A stretch of DNA of 64,000 nucleotides from Macrostomum lignano (taxonomy: Eukaryota), in assembly GCA_002269645.1 (NCBI GenBank), contig NIVC01002753.1:1541-65540 (forward strand), given 5' to 3'. Shown here piece by piece: positions 26,101-34,382 of the stretch. Under the pieces are notes generated by a model. The model searched no databases. It was not told where the DNA came from and saw only the letters and a program-made list of their open reading frames with translations. The position numbers were made by a program, and so were the translations under genes. Numbering within the stretch: the first letter of the stretch is position 1; each line of letters begins with the position of its first letter.

Positions 26101-29100
26101 AGAGCTTTTTAGCCAATGTTCCCTAGCTCTAGTGTGCAGGTGTCGCTTCGTTTTTCCAATATAGGAAACGCTCTGATCCTCAGAGCAGCGAAATTGGTAA
26201 ACAACACCAGCCCTTAGAGCAAGTGGAACAGCTGACTTGAGCCTGCTAGCATAGCGACCGATCTTTTCGGTGCGAAACACAATCCTAACGGTGCACTTAA
26301 GCCATTTGCTAAACGTTTTCTCAAGTTTTTTCCTGAAGTCAAGCGAAGCGTTGCCAAAAAAAGGGAGAACCAACAGAGCGTCCCAAGAATCTATCTCCGG
26401 TTGCCTGGGTCTCGCATCGCTGGAAAATTTCAGCGCTGGAAAAAGATAGATTCTGGAAAAAAATGGCTTAAGTGCACCGTTAGGATTGTGTTTCGCACCG
26501 AAAAGATCGGTCGCTATGCTAGCAGGCTCAAGTCAGCTGTTCCACTTGCTCTAAGGGCTGGTGTTGTTTACCAATTTCGCTGCTCTGAGGATCAGAGCGT
26601 TTCCTATATTGGAAAAACGAAGCGACACCTGCACACTAGAGCTAGGGAACATTGGCTAAAAAGCTCTGCGATTAATGACCATCTGCTTGTTTGTAAAAAA
26701 TGCTGTGATGGTGAACCGATTCAGCTCTTTAAAGTGCTGGATGGGTGCAAATTTGACCATAAGCTTAAGATTATCGAAGCTTCGTATATCAGAATGCACA
26801 AACCCAACCTGAATGTGCAGCTTGCTGGCAATGGGGTGGAGCGTGAGCTAAGAGTACTGTGAGCAGAGCCGTGCCTATTTATTTTTTTTTTCTCTCTCAC
26901 TTTGTTGTGTACTTGGCACTTTCTTAATTCTACCGGACTGATTTGACCCGCCTCTGGATTGTACAGTGATTTTTGCTTAAATATATTGGTGGTATGATCT
27001 TAGGTTGAGTGAATTTGCCCTGACGACGTCTTGTGTTTGACGGGGCGCGTTGGCTAGAATTAAACAAGGTTTACTTTTTATGTTTGTGTTGACGTTTATT
27101 TTCTTACTATTTGTTCGACGAGCGACACTTCCACAATTGATAATATTTATACTAGGAGTAAAGTGCTACTATTCTTTAAGCAGTTCTAATGCATGCTTGA
27201 TAAATTTGTTTAAATTGCGCGAGTGAAACAGTTTACTATTGAAAGTAAACTTGCATGTTTATTAACTTATAGCATGGTTTTTCGATAGAAAAAGTACATG
27301 TATTGAATCTTATCGGCTTTTGAAATTAGTCTGCATAAATTTATCCTATTTTAACCTTTTCTGCATGCGACAAGTGTATAGCTTGTCGTACTTTACCTAA
27401 TATAAATATTTCTAAATATATACTACTTAACATTCGAAGGCTATTTAATTTTTTCGCTAATAAATTTAATGCACTAGCACTATATTAATCATCATCTTTT
27501 CTAATCAGGTTATTGTATTAATTTAAATTTTGTGCGTTCTATATATTTACTTACACAACGACACGTTGTTGCACTTATTGCGTTTAAAACGGATTTTCCG
27601 CGGAAATTCCGCGGTTTTTCCTTGTCTTAAATCACCTATACGAATATGTACAAATATATGTAGGCCATCAGCCAGAAAGGGCAGCGAGGCGGTTGCCAAT
27701 CCGCCCCCTTCGGCTGGCTTGCGTCTTCGCTTGCGTCGAGCCACCGCCATTTCGGACAATTTTCTGGCCAAAACAACCGAACAGCAAGAGAAGCCGGCTT
27801 ATTCGAGGTTGGGAAAGAAAGGGTTGCTCGTGAGATAGAGGCTTGCTAGTGTTGGAGAGTGAATGTATCGATTGTGTTATGTGTCATAACCTCACTTTTC
27901 TGTCTATTTATGCCGCCATGTGAACTCTGGTATAGCAAGTAATGAAGTTCCAGTATCTAAAATGATAAATTATTAAGATTCGAAAAGTCTAATTATTGTA
28001 ATGACTATTTGGGAATGACTCTCAAGGTCACTTTGAATGAAAGCACGCCACTGCCTCGTGGAATTATCTCAGATGTCCGCACAACACCAAGCAGTGAAGT
28101 GATTTCAATGTGACCTTGATAGAATTTCCAGCATTTAGAAACCGACGGAAAAACATTTCAATGTCACCTGAGTTCACATGTCAGAATCAGAATAATGTCA
28201 CTGTTTTGCCTAGTTGGTTGTGTCATCTGACTTTTTTATTCATTTTGTTTTGATTAATTGATAATTAGTCAAAGCGCTTGCTGTTATTGTGACGTTAAAT
28301 TTTACGTGTCCGTACATGTACTTGTAACTTGTGACGTACTTTTCGATTTGTCGCTGCATAGTTTAGATAGTTTAGCGCATGCGTACGCTGGGGGGCCGTA
28401 GCCCAGCGGTAGCGCAGCTGCTCTGGTGTGCCAGCGACCCAGGCTCGATTCCAAGTGCAGCCACATTAATTTGGGGCTGAATTAGAATTTCGGCTTGGCT
28501 CGCTTGTGCAATTAACGCCATTGAGAGCCAACCCCCCAAGGCGCAGTGAAGTGTACATGCCTAACGATAATATAAAGTTAGGGCCGCTGTACACTCCTGT
28601 GTGAGTGTGTGCCTGCGTAACGTATCCGCGCGCTTGTATGCCTGCTCAGGGGAGTCGGCGGAATGGGCAGTAATGCCTCTCGCCGGTTGTGTGCCAATGA
28701 CGCTTAAATTGCGCCAGGGTGCACACAACCCCCCTGCCTCTAATAAAAAAGGCCAATTTAAACAGATAAGGAAATTAAAGTTCTGGGACTATAAAACCGA
28801 GCAAATGTACATTCATCTAAGAGCAGTTGTTGGTTCTCATCAACTTAAGGAATAAGGGCGAGGGTTTTTATTACCCCCAATGTACATTACATGCTTGTAT
28901 ATTGGAGATTAATTGCAAGATAAAAACAAGTGTACAACGTATCTTGGGTTGTTGGTAAGACATAATAATTAGGCTTAATGCGATATATTTTAAGTTTTAG
29001 TGGGTGTTTAATTTTACAAATGAAATTAATTAAACTTGTGCATCAAAAGTTATTGGATGGCTTAAAGTGTACATTAATGCAATCTACATAAGAGCATTTT

Positions 29101-32058
29101 ATTTTACCAAAATACATGTACGTTAAGGACTTGAATCACAGACCATTCTAATAGATTGAAGTACGAACGCGAAAATGAAGAAAAACGCAATTTAATTTTC
29201 CTGACAAACGCTACAATTGATACTATAGCTATTGATAAATAGGAGCGCTAAATGCACACTTGTCACGTGATCCAAACGAATTTTTTTGTCTTATCACTGT
29301 TTATCAGTGGCGGCGCAGGGGGGGGGGGGGCGGGGGGGGCGGGCTGCCCCTGGGTGACCACCCCTCACCACCCTCAGGGGGTGACCACCCCCAGGGGGTG
29401 ACCACCCACTTAAAAAAAATTGGTACTTTCGTCTTTACCATATTTTTTCAAAAGTGTGGTCACCCCATGGGGCATGGGGGTGGTCACCTGAGACCTCAGG
29501 GGGTGGTCACCCGGTAGGGCCTGTAGGCTGTAAGGGTGGTCACCCTTTGAGGGCGAACCGCGAACTGGGCCTGGGCGATAACGAATCCTAACGATTTTGG
29601 AAAGCTTTTTCTTTTTTTTTTGATAATTTTTTCTGGGGGTGACCACCCAGCCGGGGGGGTGACCACCCAACCACCGCCCCCCCCCCCCAGCTGGAGGTCC
29701 TGCGCCGCCACTGCTGTTTATTATTGTACTTACAGTCCTGCTTGTAAACTTCACAGCTCGTCGTGTATAATGTCACAAATGCAAAGAGCACCATTCACTA
29801 GCATATTTGTCTTATATGTTCTCTGTTTGGAAACTATTTTTGTTGCAGATCTTAATTTATATAGTCTAGAAATCAATTAAATAAATCTAATGGCTAATGT
29901 TTGTTTGTTTGCGTTCTAAGTCTAGGGAAAATACTTTTTGGCGTTATTAGATATTCCTGAGTGGGACCATCGACAAAGTGTTGCGCTGTTACGCAGTCTC
30001 AAGTACCACAAAATGCATAGCTACTCACAAACGTCCCATATACTCCTGTGTCTAGTAATTTAGATAAACCTGTTTCAACTAATCATTGGTATAAATTATC
30101 AAAATTATAGTTATTCTTGCTTGCTGTTTTGAGGATTTTTCATCAGACCATCCACCTCGTTCCGCGTCCTTGGGAAACCCCAGTTTATTGGCTAATTAAA
30201 ATTTTCCATCTTTCAATTATCCGCCTGACTCCGCGTCCTTGGGGAAACCCCAGTTTATTGGCTAATAGATTTTAAATCCATCCATCCCCCTCACCCCGCG
30301 TCCTTGGGGAAACCCCAGTTTATTGGCTAATAGATTTTAAATCCATCCATCCCCCTCACCCCGCGTCCTTGGGGAAACCCCAGTTTATTGGCTAATAGAT
30401 TTTAAATCCATCCATCCCCCTCACCCTGCGTCCTTGGGGAAACCCCAGTTTATTGGCTAATAGATTTTAAATCCATCCATCCCCCTCACCCTGCGTCCTT
30501 GGGGAAACCCCAGTTTATTGGCTAATAGATTTTAAATCCATCCATCCCCTCACCCTGCGTCCTTGGGGAAACCCCAGTTTATTGGCTAATAGATTTTAAA
30601 TCCATCCATCCCCCTCACCCTGCGTCCTTGGGGAAACCCGAGTTTATTGGCTAAAAGATTTTCGATCCTCCAACTATCAGCCTCACTCCACGTCCTTGGG
30701 GAAACCCCAGTTTATTGGCTAAAGTATTTAGCCGTTCTATCCACAATGCTCCGCTTCAAAAGCCCCGGTTGCTTAGCTACAGAACTTTTTCCCTTCCATT
30801 CCATGCAACTCTACCCAATCAACTTCCGCCATAATCACAGCTCGGAGCCCGGCTCGCCAGACTCTGACAACGCCGCGGCCGTCGGTCCCCCAGTCGGCCA
30901 GCTAGTGCGCAGGCGCAACAGTTTCCTATCGGCTATGAATAAAAATCTTATCGAAGCTTGCAAACGCGGCTCGCTAGACAAAATGCGATCGCTCAGAGAC
31001 GAGGGCGCGGATCTGTGCGCCGCCGATGGAGCCGGCATGACCTGTCTGCATCATGCGACTCGCTTCGGCTACAAGGACATTGTTGCCTATCTCATAGAGA
31101 ATGGTGAGAGATCTTATTTTTTTATAAACTTGACATTTTATATACACCTTTCTACTTATATTAGGAGTAAACGAGACAAAATTACCTAATAAATTCAGGC
31201 CCGCCGCAGCTATTAGACATGATCGACACAGAGAAAGGTCAAACTGCCCTACACAAGGCTAGCTGGTATCAGCGAAGGCAGATCTGTCATCTGTTGGTGC
31301 AGGCGGGAGCCAGTCTGACCATTACAGATTTCTCCGGCCTGACGCCGAGACAGCAGGCGCAGCGGGCTGAGGACAGCGAGCTGGCACTGTGGCTTGAGAG
31401 TGAGTCAATAATGACCCCCATCGTGAGCAAGTCGGAAGGGTCCTACCTGTTCAATTCTAAATGCCATAATGTGATATTCTCTATGGCCTGCTACCCCAAC
31501 CCCCATTCTTATTATCTATGGCCTGCTACCCCACTCCCCATTCTTATTATCTATGGCCTGCTACCCCACTCCCCATTCTTATTATCTATGGCCTGCTACC
31601 CCACCCCCATTCTTATTATCTATGGCCTGCTACTCCACTCCCCATTCTTATTATCTATGGCCTGCTACCCCACTCCCCATTCTTATTATCTATGGCCTGC
31701 TACCCCACTCCCCATTCTTATTATCTATGGCCTGCTACCCCACTCACTATTCTAATTATCCATGGCCTGCTACCCCACCCCATTCTTATTATCTATGGCC
31801 TGCTACCCTACCCCCATTCTTATTATCTATGGCCTGCTACCCCAACCCCCCAATCTTATTATCTATGGCCTGCTACCCCACTCCCCATTCTTATTATCTA
31901 TAACCTGCTACCCCACTCCCCATTCTTATTATCTAAGGCCTGCTACCCTTGCCAAAATGGTGCTATTTCTAGGAAAAGCAACAAAAACCATTTTTCGTAT
32001 TGCAGCTCAGGAGCACATGCAGCTGGTCAAGAAGGAGAACCAGGAGACTGAAGTCTGA
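953..32058 (+). CDS. DGKZ: Type IV diacylglycerol kinase (DGK zeta/iota, rdgA-like), 22-exon gene, ~1449 aa (1401 without candidate exon 19)
   Basis: join(953..2157,5612..5744,5978..6061,6166..6240,7610..7681,7767..7832,8293..8740,10194..10638,13071..13222,13373..13428,14601..14663,16718..16903,19319..19405,20762..20874,23834..23955,24030..24109,25226..25289,25378..25615,27664..27807,30841..31103,31199..31399,32006..32058) = 4350 nt. All introns GT-AG with consistent phases. Two C1 domains, [14 protein letters not shown]-like motif, NPRSGG and GGDGT catalytic motifs, ankyrin repeats, C-terminal ETEV (vertebrate DGKzeta ends ETAV). Zeta versus iota cannot be resolved. Confidence 0.95.
3767..3836 (-). 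mobile_element. Older diverged SINE family 1 fragment
   Basis: CACTTCACTGTGCCTTGGGGTTG..TCAAG..GTTAATTG similarity. Confidence 0.6.
3937..4273 (-). mobile_element. SINE family 1 copy (5'-truncated)
   Basis: Reverse complement colinear with the 28391 copy from the B box to the tail. Confidence 0.85.
5612..5744 (+). CDS. DGKZ: DGK exon 2 (...AWKNSVDWT)
   Basis: AG at 5610-11, GT at 5745; matches the DGKzeta pre-C1 STVDW motif. Confidence 0.9.
5757..5925. repeat. ~43-bp tandem repeat CCCTTGTTATGACCGATCATTGAATGACCTG... in DGK intron 2
   Basis: 3-4 degenerate units. Confidence 0.8.
5978..6061 (+). CDS. DGKZ: DGK exon 3, C1a start ([28 protein letters not shown])
   Basis: CAG acceptor, GTGAGT donor; matches the GEHxW...SGDFCYVGE motif. 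Confidence 0.95.
6166..6240 (+). CDS. DGKZ: DGK exon 4, C1a end ([20 protein letters not shown])
   Basis: CAG/GTGAGA boundaries, C1 Cys/His pattern. Confidence 0.95.
6272..6545. repeat. ~11-bp GGTTGAGAGAC minisatellite
   Basis: Direct reading. Confidence 0.85.
7220..7543. repeat. 14-bp ATTTATCCCCTGGG minisatellite
   Basis: ~22 units. Confidence 0.95.
7610..7681 (+). CDS. DGKZ: DGK exon 5 ([11 protein letters not shown]...)
   Basis: CAG/GT boundaries, FRCKP motif. Confidence 0.93.
7767..7832 (+). CDS. DGKZ: DGK exon 6, C1b start ([18 protein letters not shown])
   Basis: CAG/GTGAGG boundaries, highly conserved motif. Confidence 0.95.
7876..8215. repeat. 27-bp GATGGCGCTTCTTGACTGGCGCCCCTT minisatellite with a longer duplicated block
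   Basis: Direct reading. Confidence 0.9.
8293..8740 (+). CDS. DGKZ: DGK exon 7: C1b end, MARCKS-like basic region, poly-Ala
   Basis: FQQKF...[14 protein letters not shown]; donor at 8741 gives phase 1, matching exon 8. Confidence 0.92.
8756..10071. repeat. 17-bp GAGTAGAGTGGGTGATT minisatellite
   Basis: ~77 units. Confidence 0.97.
10194..10638 (+). CDS. DGKZ: DGK exon 8: catalytic domain ([15 protein letters not shown]...CGGDGTAGW...[11 protein letters not shown])
   Basis: Canonical DAGKc motifs; CAG/GTAAGC boundaries. Confidence 0.97.
10711..12905. repeat. 24-bp CCTAATCTACCCATGAGAATCGTG minisatellite
   Basis: ~91 units, no indels seen. Confidence 0.98.
13071..13222 (+). CDS. DGKZ: DGK exon 9 ([12 protein letters not shown]...FHESRE)
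   Basis: DAGK accessory-domain motif; phases fit. Confidence 0.96.
13373..13428 (+). CDS. DGKZ: DGK exon 10 ([19 protein letters not shown])
   Basis: Conserved motif; AG/GTAAGT boundaries. Confidence 0.96.
13534..14550. repeat. (GACT)n ~1 kb uninterrupted microsatellite ending in (GACA)5
   Basis: Direct reading. Confidence 0.98.
14601..14663 (+). CDS. DGKZ: DGK exon 11 ([21 protein letters not shown])
   Basis: CAG/GTGAGC boundaries, phase 0/0. Confidence 0.9.
15470..16175. repeat. Degenerate ~39-bp (2 x ~20) TTTCTTAGAATTTAGCCAGTTTTCTTGGAATATTTTCTG repeat
   Basis: Direct reading. Confidence 0.85.
16718..16903 (+). CDS. DGKZ: DGK exon 12 (CDSV...[16 protein letters not shown]...[10 protein letters not shown])
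   Basis: DAGKa motifs. Confidence 0.96.
16942..19242. repeat. 23/24-bp GAGCTTATAAGATGGTTAAATG(G)G minisatellite
   Basis: ~98 units, three main variants. Confidence 0.98.
19319..19405 (+). CDS. DGKZ: DGK exon 13 ([15 protein letters not shown]...IPIQ)
   Basis: DAGKa motif; CAG/GTACGC boundaries. Confidence 0.94.
19438..20620. repeat. 20-bp CATTGAGTCAGATTGGTCTT minisatellite
   Basis: ~59 units. Confidence 0.97.
20762..20874 (+). CDS. DGKZ: DGK exon 14 (IDGEPWRL...[11 protein letters not shown])
   Basis: DGEP motif; TAG/GTAAGT boundaries. Confidence 0.95.
21126..21740. repeat. 32-bp TACATACTTTACATACCTTGTGTCTACATGCA minisatellite
   Basis: ~19 units. Confidence 0.95.
21920..22243 (+). mobile_element. 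SINE family 1 copy (5' end diverged)
   Basis: Colinear with 28420..28750. Confidence 0.85.
23834..23955 (+). CDS. DGKZ: DGK exon 15 ([27 protein letters not shown])
   Basis: Matches DGKzeta LRIQVSR.SM.DYE.L.YDKE; an in-phase alternative acceptor ~21 nt downstream is possible. Confidence 0.88.
24030..24109 (+). CDS. DGKZ: DGK exon 16 ([24 protein letters not shown])
   Basis: Conserved motif; phases fit. Confidence 0.92.
24136..25043. mobile_element. GC-rich 908-bp insertion bounded by a 13-bp direct repeat; probable non-LTR retroelement fragment
   Basis: AATGTAGGTAGTT at 24123..24135 and 25044..25056; GTT-repeat at the left end; sharp GC contrast with the AT-rich intron. Confidence 0.55.
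25226..25289 (+). CDS. DGKZ: DGK exon 17 (...[10 protein letters not shown])
   Basis: Matches DGKzeta LSPKWCFLD; AAG/GTAAGT boundaries; bridges phase 0 to 1. Confidence 0.88.
25378..25615 (+). CDS. DGKZ: DGK exon 18 ([22 protein letters not shown]...LYVLDPEL)
   Basis: Conserved motif; CAG/GTAAGT boundaries. Confidence 0.94.
25714..25751 (-). ncRNA. Minimal type I hammerhead ribozyme (PLE-type), intact core
   Basis: Minus strand GCC-CTGACGA-C-GTC(TAGTGTTT)GAC-GAA-ACGCGT-T-GGC: CUGANGA and GAAA core, stems I and II, palindromic ACGCGT stem III, GUU cleavage triplet. Confidence 0.8.
25906..26373 (-). pseudogene. PLE ORF 3' fragment: linker (LPFFG) and GIY-YIG endonuclease, no RT
   Basis: ORF translation; 5'-truncated. 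Confidence 0.85.
26461..26862 (+). pseudogene. PLE GIY-YIG fragment, inverted copy
   Basis: Identical nucleotide sequence to the minus-strand copy. Confidence 0.85.
27017..27054 (+). ncRNA. Hammerhead ribozyme copy with destroyed core (GAAA changed to GGGG)
   Basis: GCCCTGACGACGTCTTGTGTTTGACGGGGCGCGTTGGC; mirror image of 25714..25751 with 4 substitutions. Confidence 0.75.
27664..27807 (+). CDS. DGKZ: DGK candidate exon 19, symmetric 144-nt cassette exon
   Basis: GC-rich open 48-codon island in an AT-rich intron; TAG/GTTGGG boundaries; phase 2/2 fits neighbours; no recognised homology. Confidence 0.55.
28391..28750 (+). mobile_element. tRNA-derived SINE family 1, full-length copy
   Basis: tRNA-like head with A box TAGCCCAGCGG and B box GGCTCGATTCC ending GCCA, ~290-bp body, AATAAAAAA tail; several similar copies in the window. 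Confidence 0.85.
29305..29713. mobile_element. Non-autonomous hAT-type MITE (409 bp)
   Basis: 15-bp TIR CAGTGGCGGCGCAGG / CCTGCGCCGCCACTG; 8-bp TSD CTGTTTAT at 29297..29304 and 29714..29721; many subterminal GGTGACCACCC motifs in both orientations. Confidence 0.9.
30150..30725. repeat. 65-bp minisatellite (…GCGTCCTTGGGGAAACCCCAGTTTATTGGCTAATAGATTTTAAATCCATCC…)
   Basis: ~9 units. Confidence 0.95.
30841..31103 (+). CDS. DGKZ: DGK exon 20: ankyrin repeats 1-2
   Basis: [10 protein letters not shown]...[20 protein letters not shown]. Confidence 0.95.
31199..31399 (+). CDS. DGKZ: DGK exon 21: ankyrin repeats 3-4
   Basis: [27 protein letters not shown]. Confidence 0.95.
31478..31950. repeat. 35-bp CTATGGCCTGCTACCCCACTCCCCATTCTTATTAT minisatellite
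   Basis: ~13 units. Confidence 0.95.
32006..32058 (+). CDS. DGKZ: DGK exon 22, last ([16 protein letters not shown])
   Basis: Class I PDZ-binding C-terminus typical of type IV DGKs. Confidence 0.93.
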
Positions 32059-32397
32059 TTTGCTAGTACATTTAATCGTTGTTTATTGATCGGCTTTTTT
32101 CTACCCATTTGAGTCCTTCGTGTCCTTGACGTCATAGCACTGACACTCTGGTATTACTGGCCGATACAAAAATCAAATCTTTTGAGATTTTCGGCTCAAT
32201 AATATTCTAGGATATCATATAATTTTTTTCATTTTTATTCGAGCATTATTGTTTTATTTAGCATTGCACTATTTGCTGTGTTTGAGTTGCTTCCTCGGTT
32301 TCGGGAAATTCTTATTACTCTCAGATAGAACCATATTTTATAGAGGTGAAGCTAAAATTCTGAGAGTAACTCTTACAATTGCTAATTAGACGTACAA

Positions 32398-33150
32398 TTT
32401 GCCGTTGCTAAGCGGAATTCCCCGTTGCTAAGTGGAATTCCCCGTTGCTAAGCAGAAATCCACGTTGCTAAGTGGGATTCCCCGTTGCTAAGTGGAATTC
32501 CCCGTTGCTAAGCAGAACTCCCCGTTGCTAAGTGGAATTCGCCCTGTTGCTAAGTTAAATTCCCCGTTGCTAAGCAGAACTCCCTGTTGCTAAGCCAAAC
32601 TCGCCGTTACTAAGTAGACTTCTCCGTTACTAAGCCAAACCCTCATTGCCGAGCAGAACCGCCGTTACTAAGCCGAACTCCTCGTTGCTAAGCCAGACTA
32701 CCGTTGCTAAGCCAAACTCCCGTTGCTAAGTAGAATTATCCCTTGCTAAGCCGAATCCCCCGTTACTAAGCTGAACTCCCCGTTACTAAGCCGAACCTTC
32801 CGTTGCTAAGCAGAACCCCCGTTGCTGAGCAGGACCCCCGTTGCTAGGTGGAACTCTCAGTTGCTAAGCAGAACCCCCGTTGCTAAGCCAAACTACCGTT
32901 GCTAAGCCAAACTCTCCGTTGCTAAATAGAATTCTCCGTTGCTAAATAGAATTCTCCGTTGCTAAGTAGAATTCTCCGTTGCTAAGTAGACTTCTCCGTT
33001 ACTAAGCCGAACTCCCCGTTGCTAAGCCGAACTCCCCGTTGCTAAGCCAAACTCCCCGTTGCTAAGCCAAACTCCCCGTTGCTAAGCAGAAATTTCTATT
33101 GATTAACTAGTAGTCGTTGTTGCTAAGTGAAAATCCCGTTGCTAAACGAA
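32398..33150. repeat. ~20-bp CCGTTGCTAAGCAGAACTCC minisatellite
   Basis: ~37 diverged units. Confidence 0.92.
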
Positions 33151-33687
33151 GCTCCCAGTTGCGAAGCGCACTGGACTGATTGAAGGCCAGTTGTCATATC
33201 TGCTTGTTCCATTTCCTACATTTTTCTTTGACTTTTGCCAGATTCTGATTGTATTGTTACTAAATCTTTATCTGTAAATTATTTCGTGTGTTTTTTTAGC
33301 TTTGTTGTCAGCTGTTTCTGAACTAAGTCGTTTTCTGAACTAGCTACTTAGCTTAGTAACCATGGACGAAAATTGTCGTAGTGAAGTGAAAATAATTATT
33401 TTGCTTTTATTTTAACAATACTTTGCTTGTATTATTATGTTTTTAAAAGAAATCATTGCGCGTGTAAGACTAGTTTCGTGTGCCACCCAATCACTGCAAC
33501 TTTTTTAATGCACTGGTTTTAATGGATTTGCAGTTCTCAGCAGGATAAGGTATACTTATAGTTGTGAAAAAGCGTTTACATGTATCATGTTTCTTACCGC
33601 GCGGTTTTGCATTTATATTCTTTAACTACTGGACTTTATCAGGTCATACTTCTCTGAAAGTTCACGGCTCGCTCGAGCCCTTGCAGT

Positions 33688-34382
33688 AGTCAGGGGTCGC
33701 TTGCTATCGTTCTAGAAGTTTAGGGGTCGCTTGACCTCCCCCTCAGAAGTTCAAGGGTCGCTTGACCCCCCCCCTTAGTAGTTCAGGGGTCGCTTGACCT
33801 CCCCCTCAGTAGTTCAAGGGTCGCTTGACCTCCCACTCAGTAGTTAAGGGGTCGCTTGACCTCCCACTCAGTAGTTCAGGGGTCGCTTGACCTCCCACTC
33901 AGTAGTTAAGGGGTCGCTTGACCTCCCACTCAGTAGTTCAAGGGTCGCTTGACCTCCCACTCAGTAGTTCAGGGTCGCTTGACCTCCCACTCAGTAGTTC
34001 AAGGGTCGCTTGACCTCCCACTCAGTAGTTCAGGGGTCGCTTGACCTCCCCCTCAGTAGTTCAAGGGTCGCTTGACCTCCCACTCAGTAGTTCAAGGGTC
34101 GCTCGCTTGACCTCCCCCTTAGTCAGTAGTTAAGGGGTCGCTTGACCTCCCCCTTAGTAGTTCAGGGTCGCTTGACCTCCCACTCAGTAGTTCAGGGGTC
34201 GCTTGACCTCCCACTCAGTAGTTCAAGGGTCGCTTGACCTCCCCTCAGTAGTTCAAGGGTCGCTTGAGTAGTTCAGGGGTCGCTTGACCTCCCCCCTTAG
34301 TAGTTCAGGGGTCGCTTGTCCCCCTCTTAGTAGTTCAGGGGTCACAACCTCCCCAATAGTACAAGGGTCACTTGACCTCTCC
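33688..34382. repeat. ~30-bp GGGGTCGCTTGACCTCCCACTCAGTAGTTCA minisatellite
   Basis: ~22 units. Confidence 0.93.

Larger units (their letters stand above)
25659..27109. mobile_element. Penelope-like element (PLE) remnant: 649-bp inverted arms (25659..26307 and 26461..27109) around a 153-bp spacer
   Basis: Arms are reverse complements (645/649 identical by manual comparison); each encodes the 3' GIY-YIG endonuclease ([16 protein letters not shown]) plus a 3' region with a hammerhead motif; inverted pseudo-LTR structures are typical of PLEs. Confidence 0.9.

Noticed and set aside
30150-30725. Possible CRISPR-like arrays (65-bp, 35-bp, 32-bp, 30-bp repeats)
   Set aside because: Units are head-to-tail with no unique spacers, there are no cas genes, and the context is eukaryotic introns.
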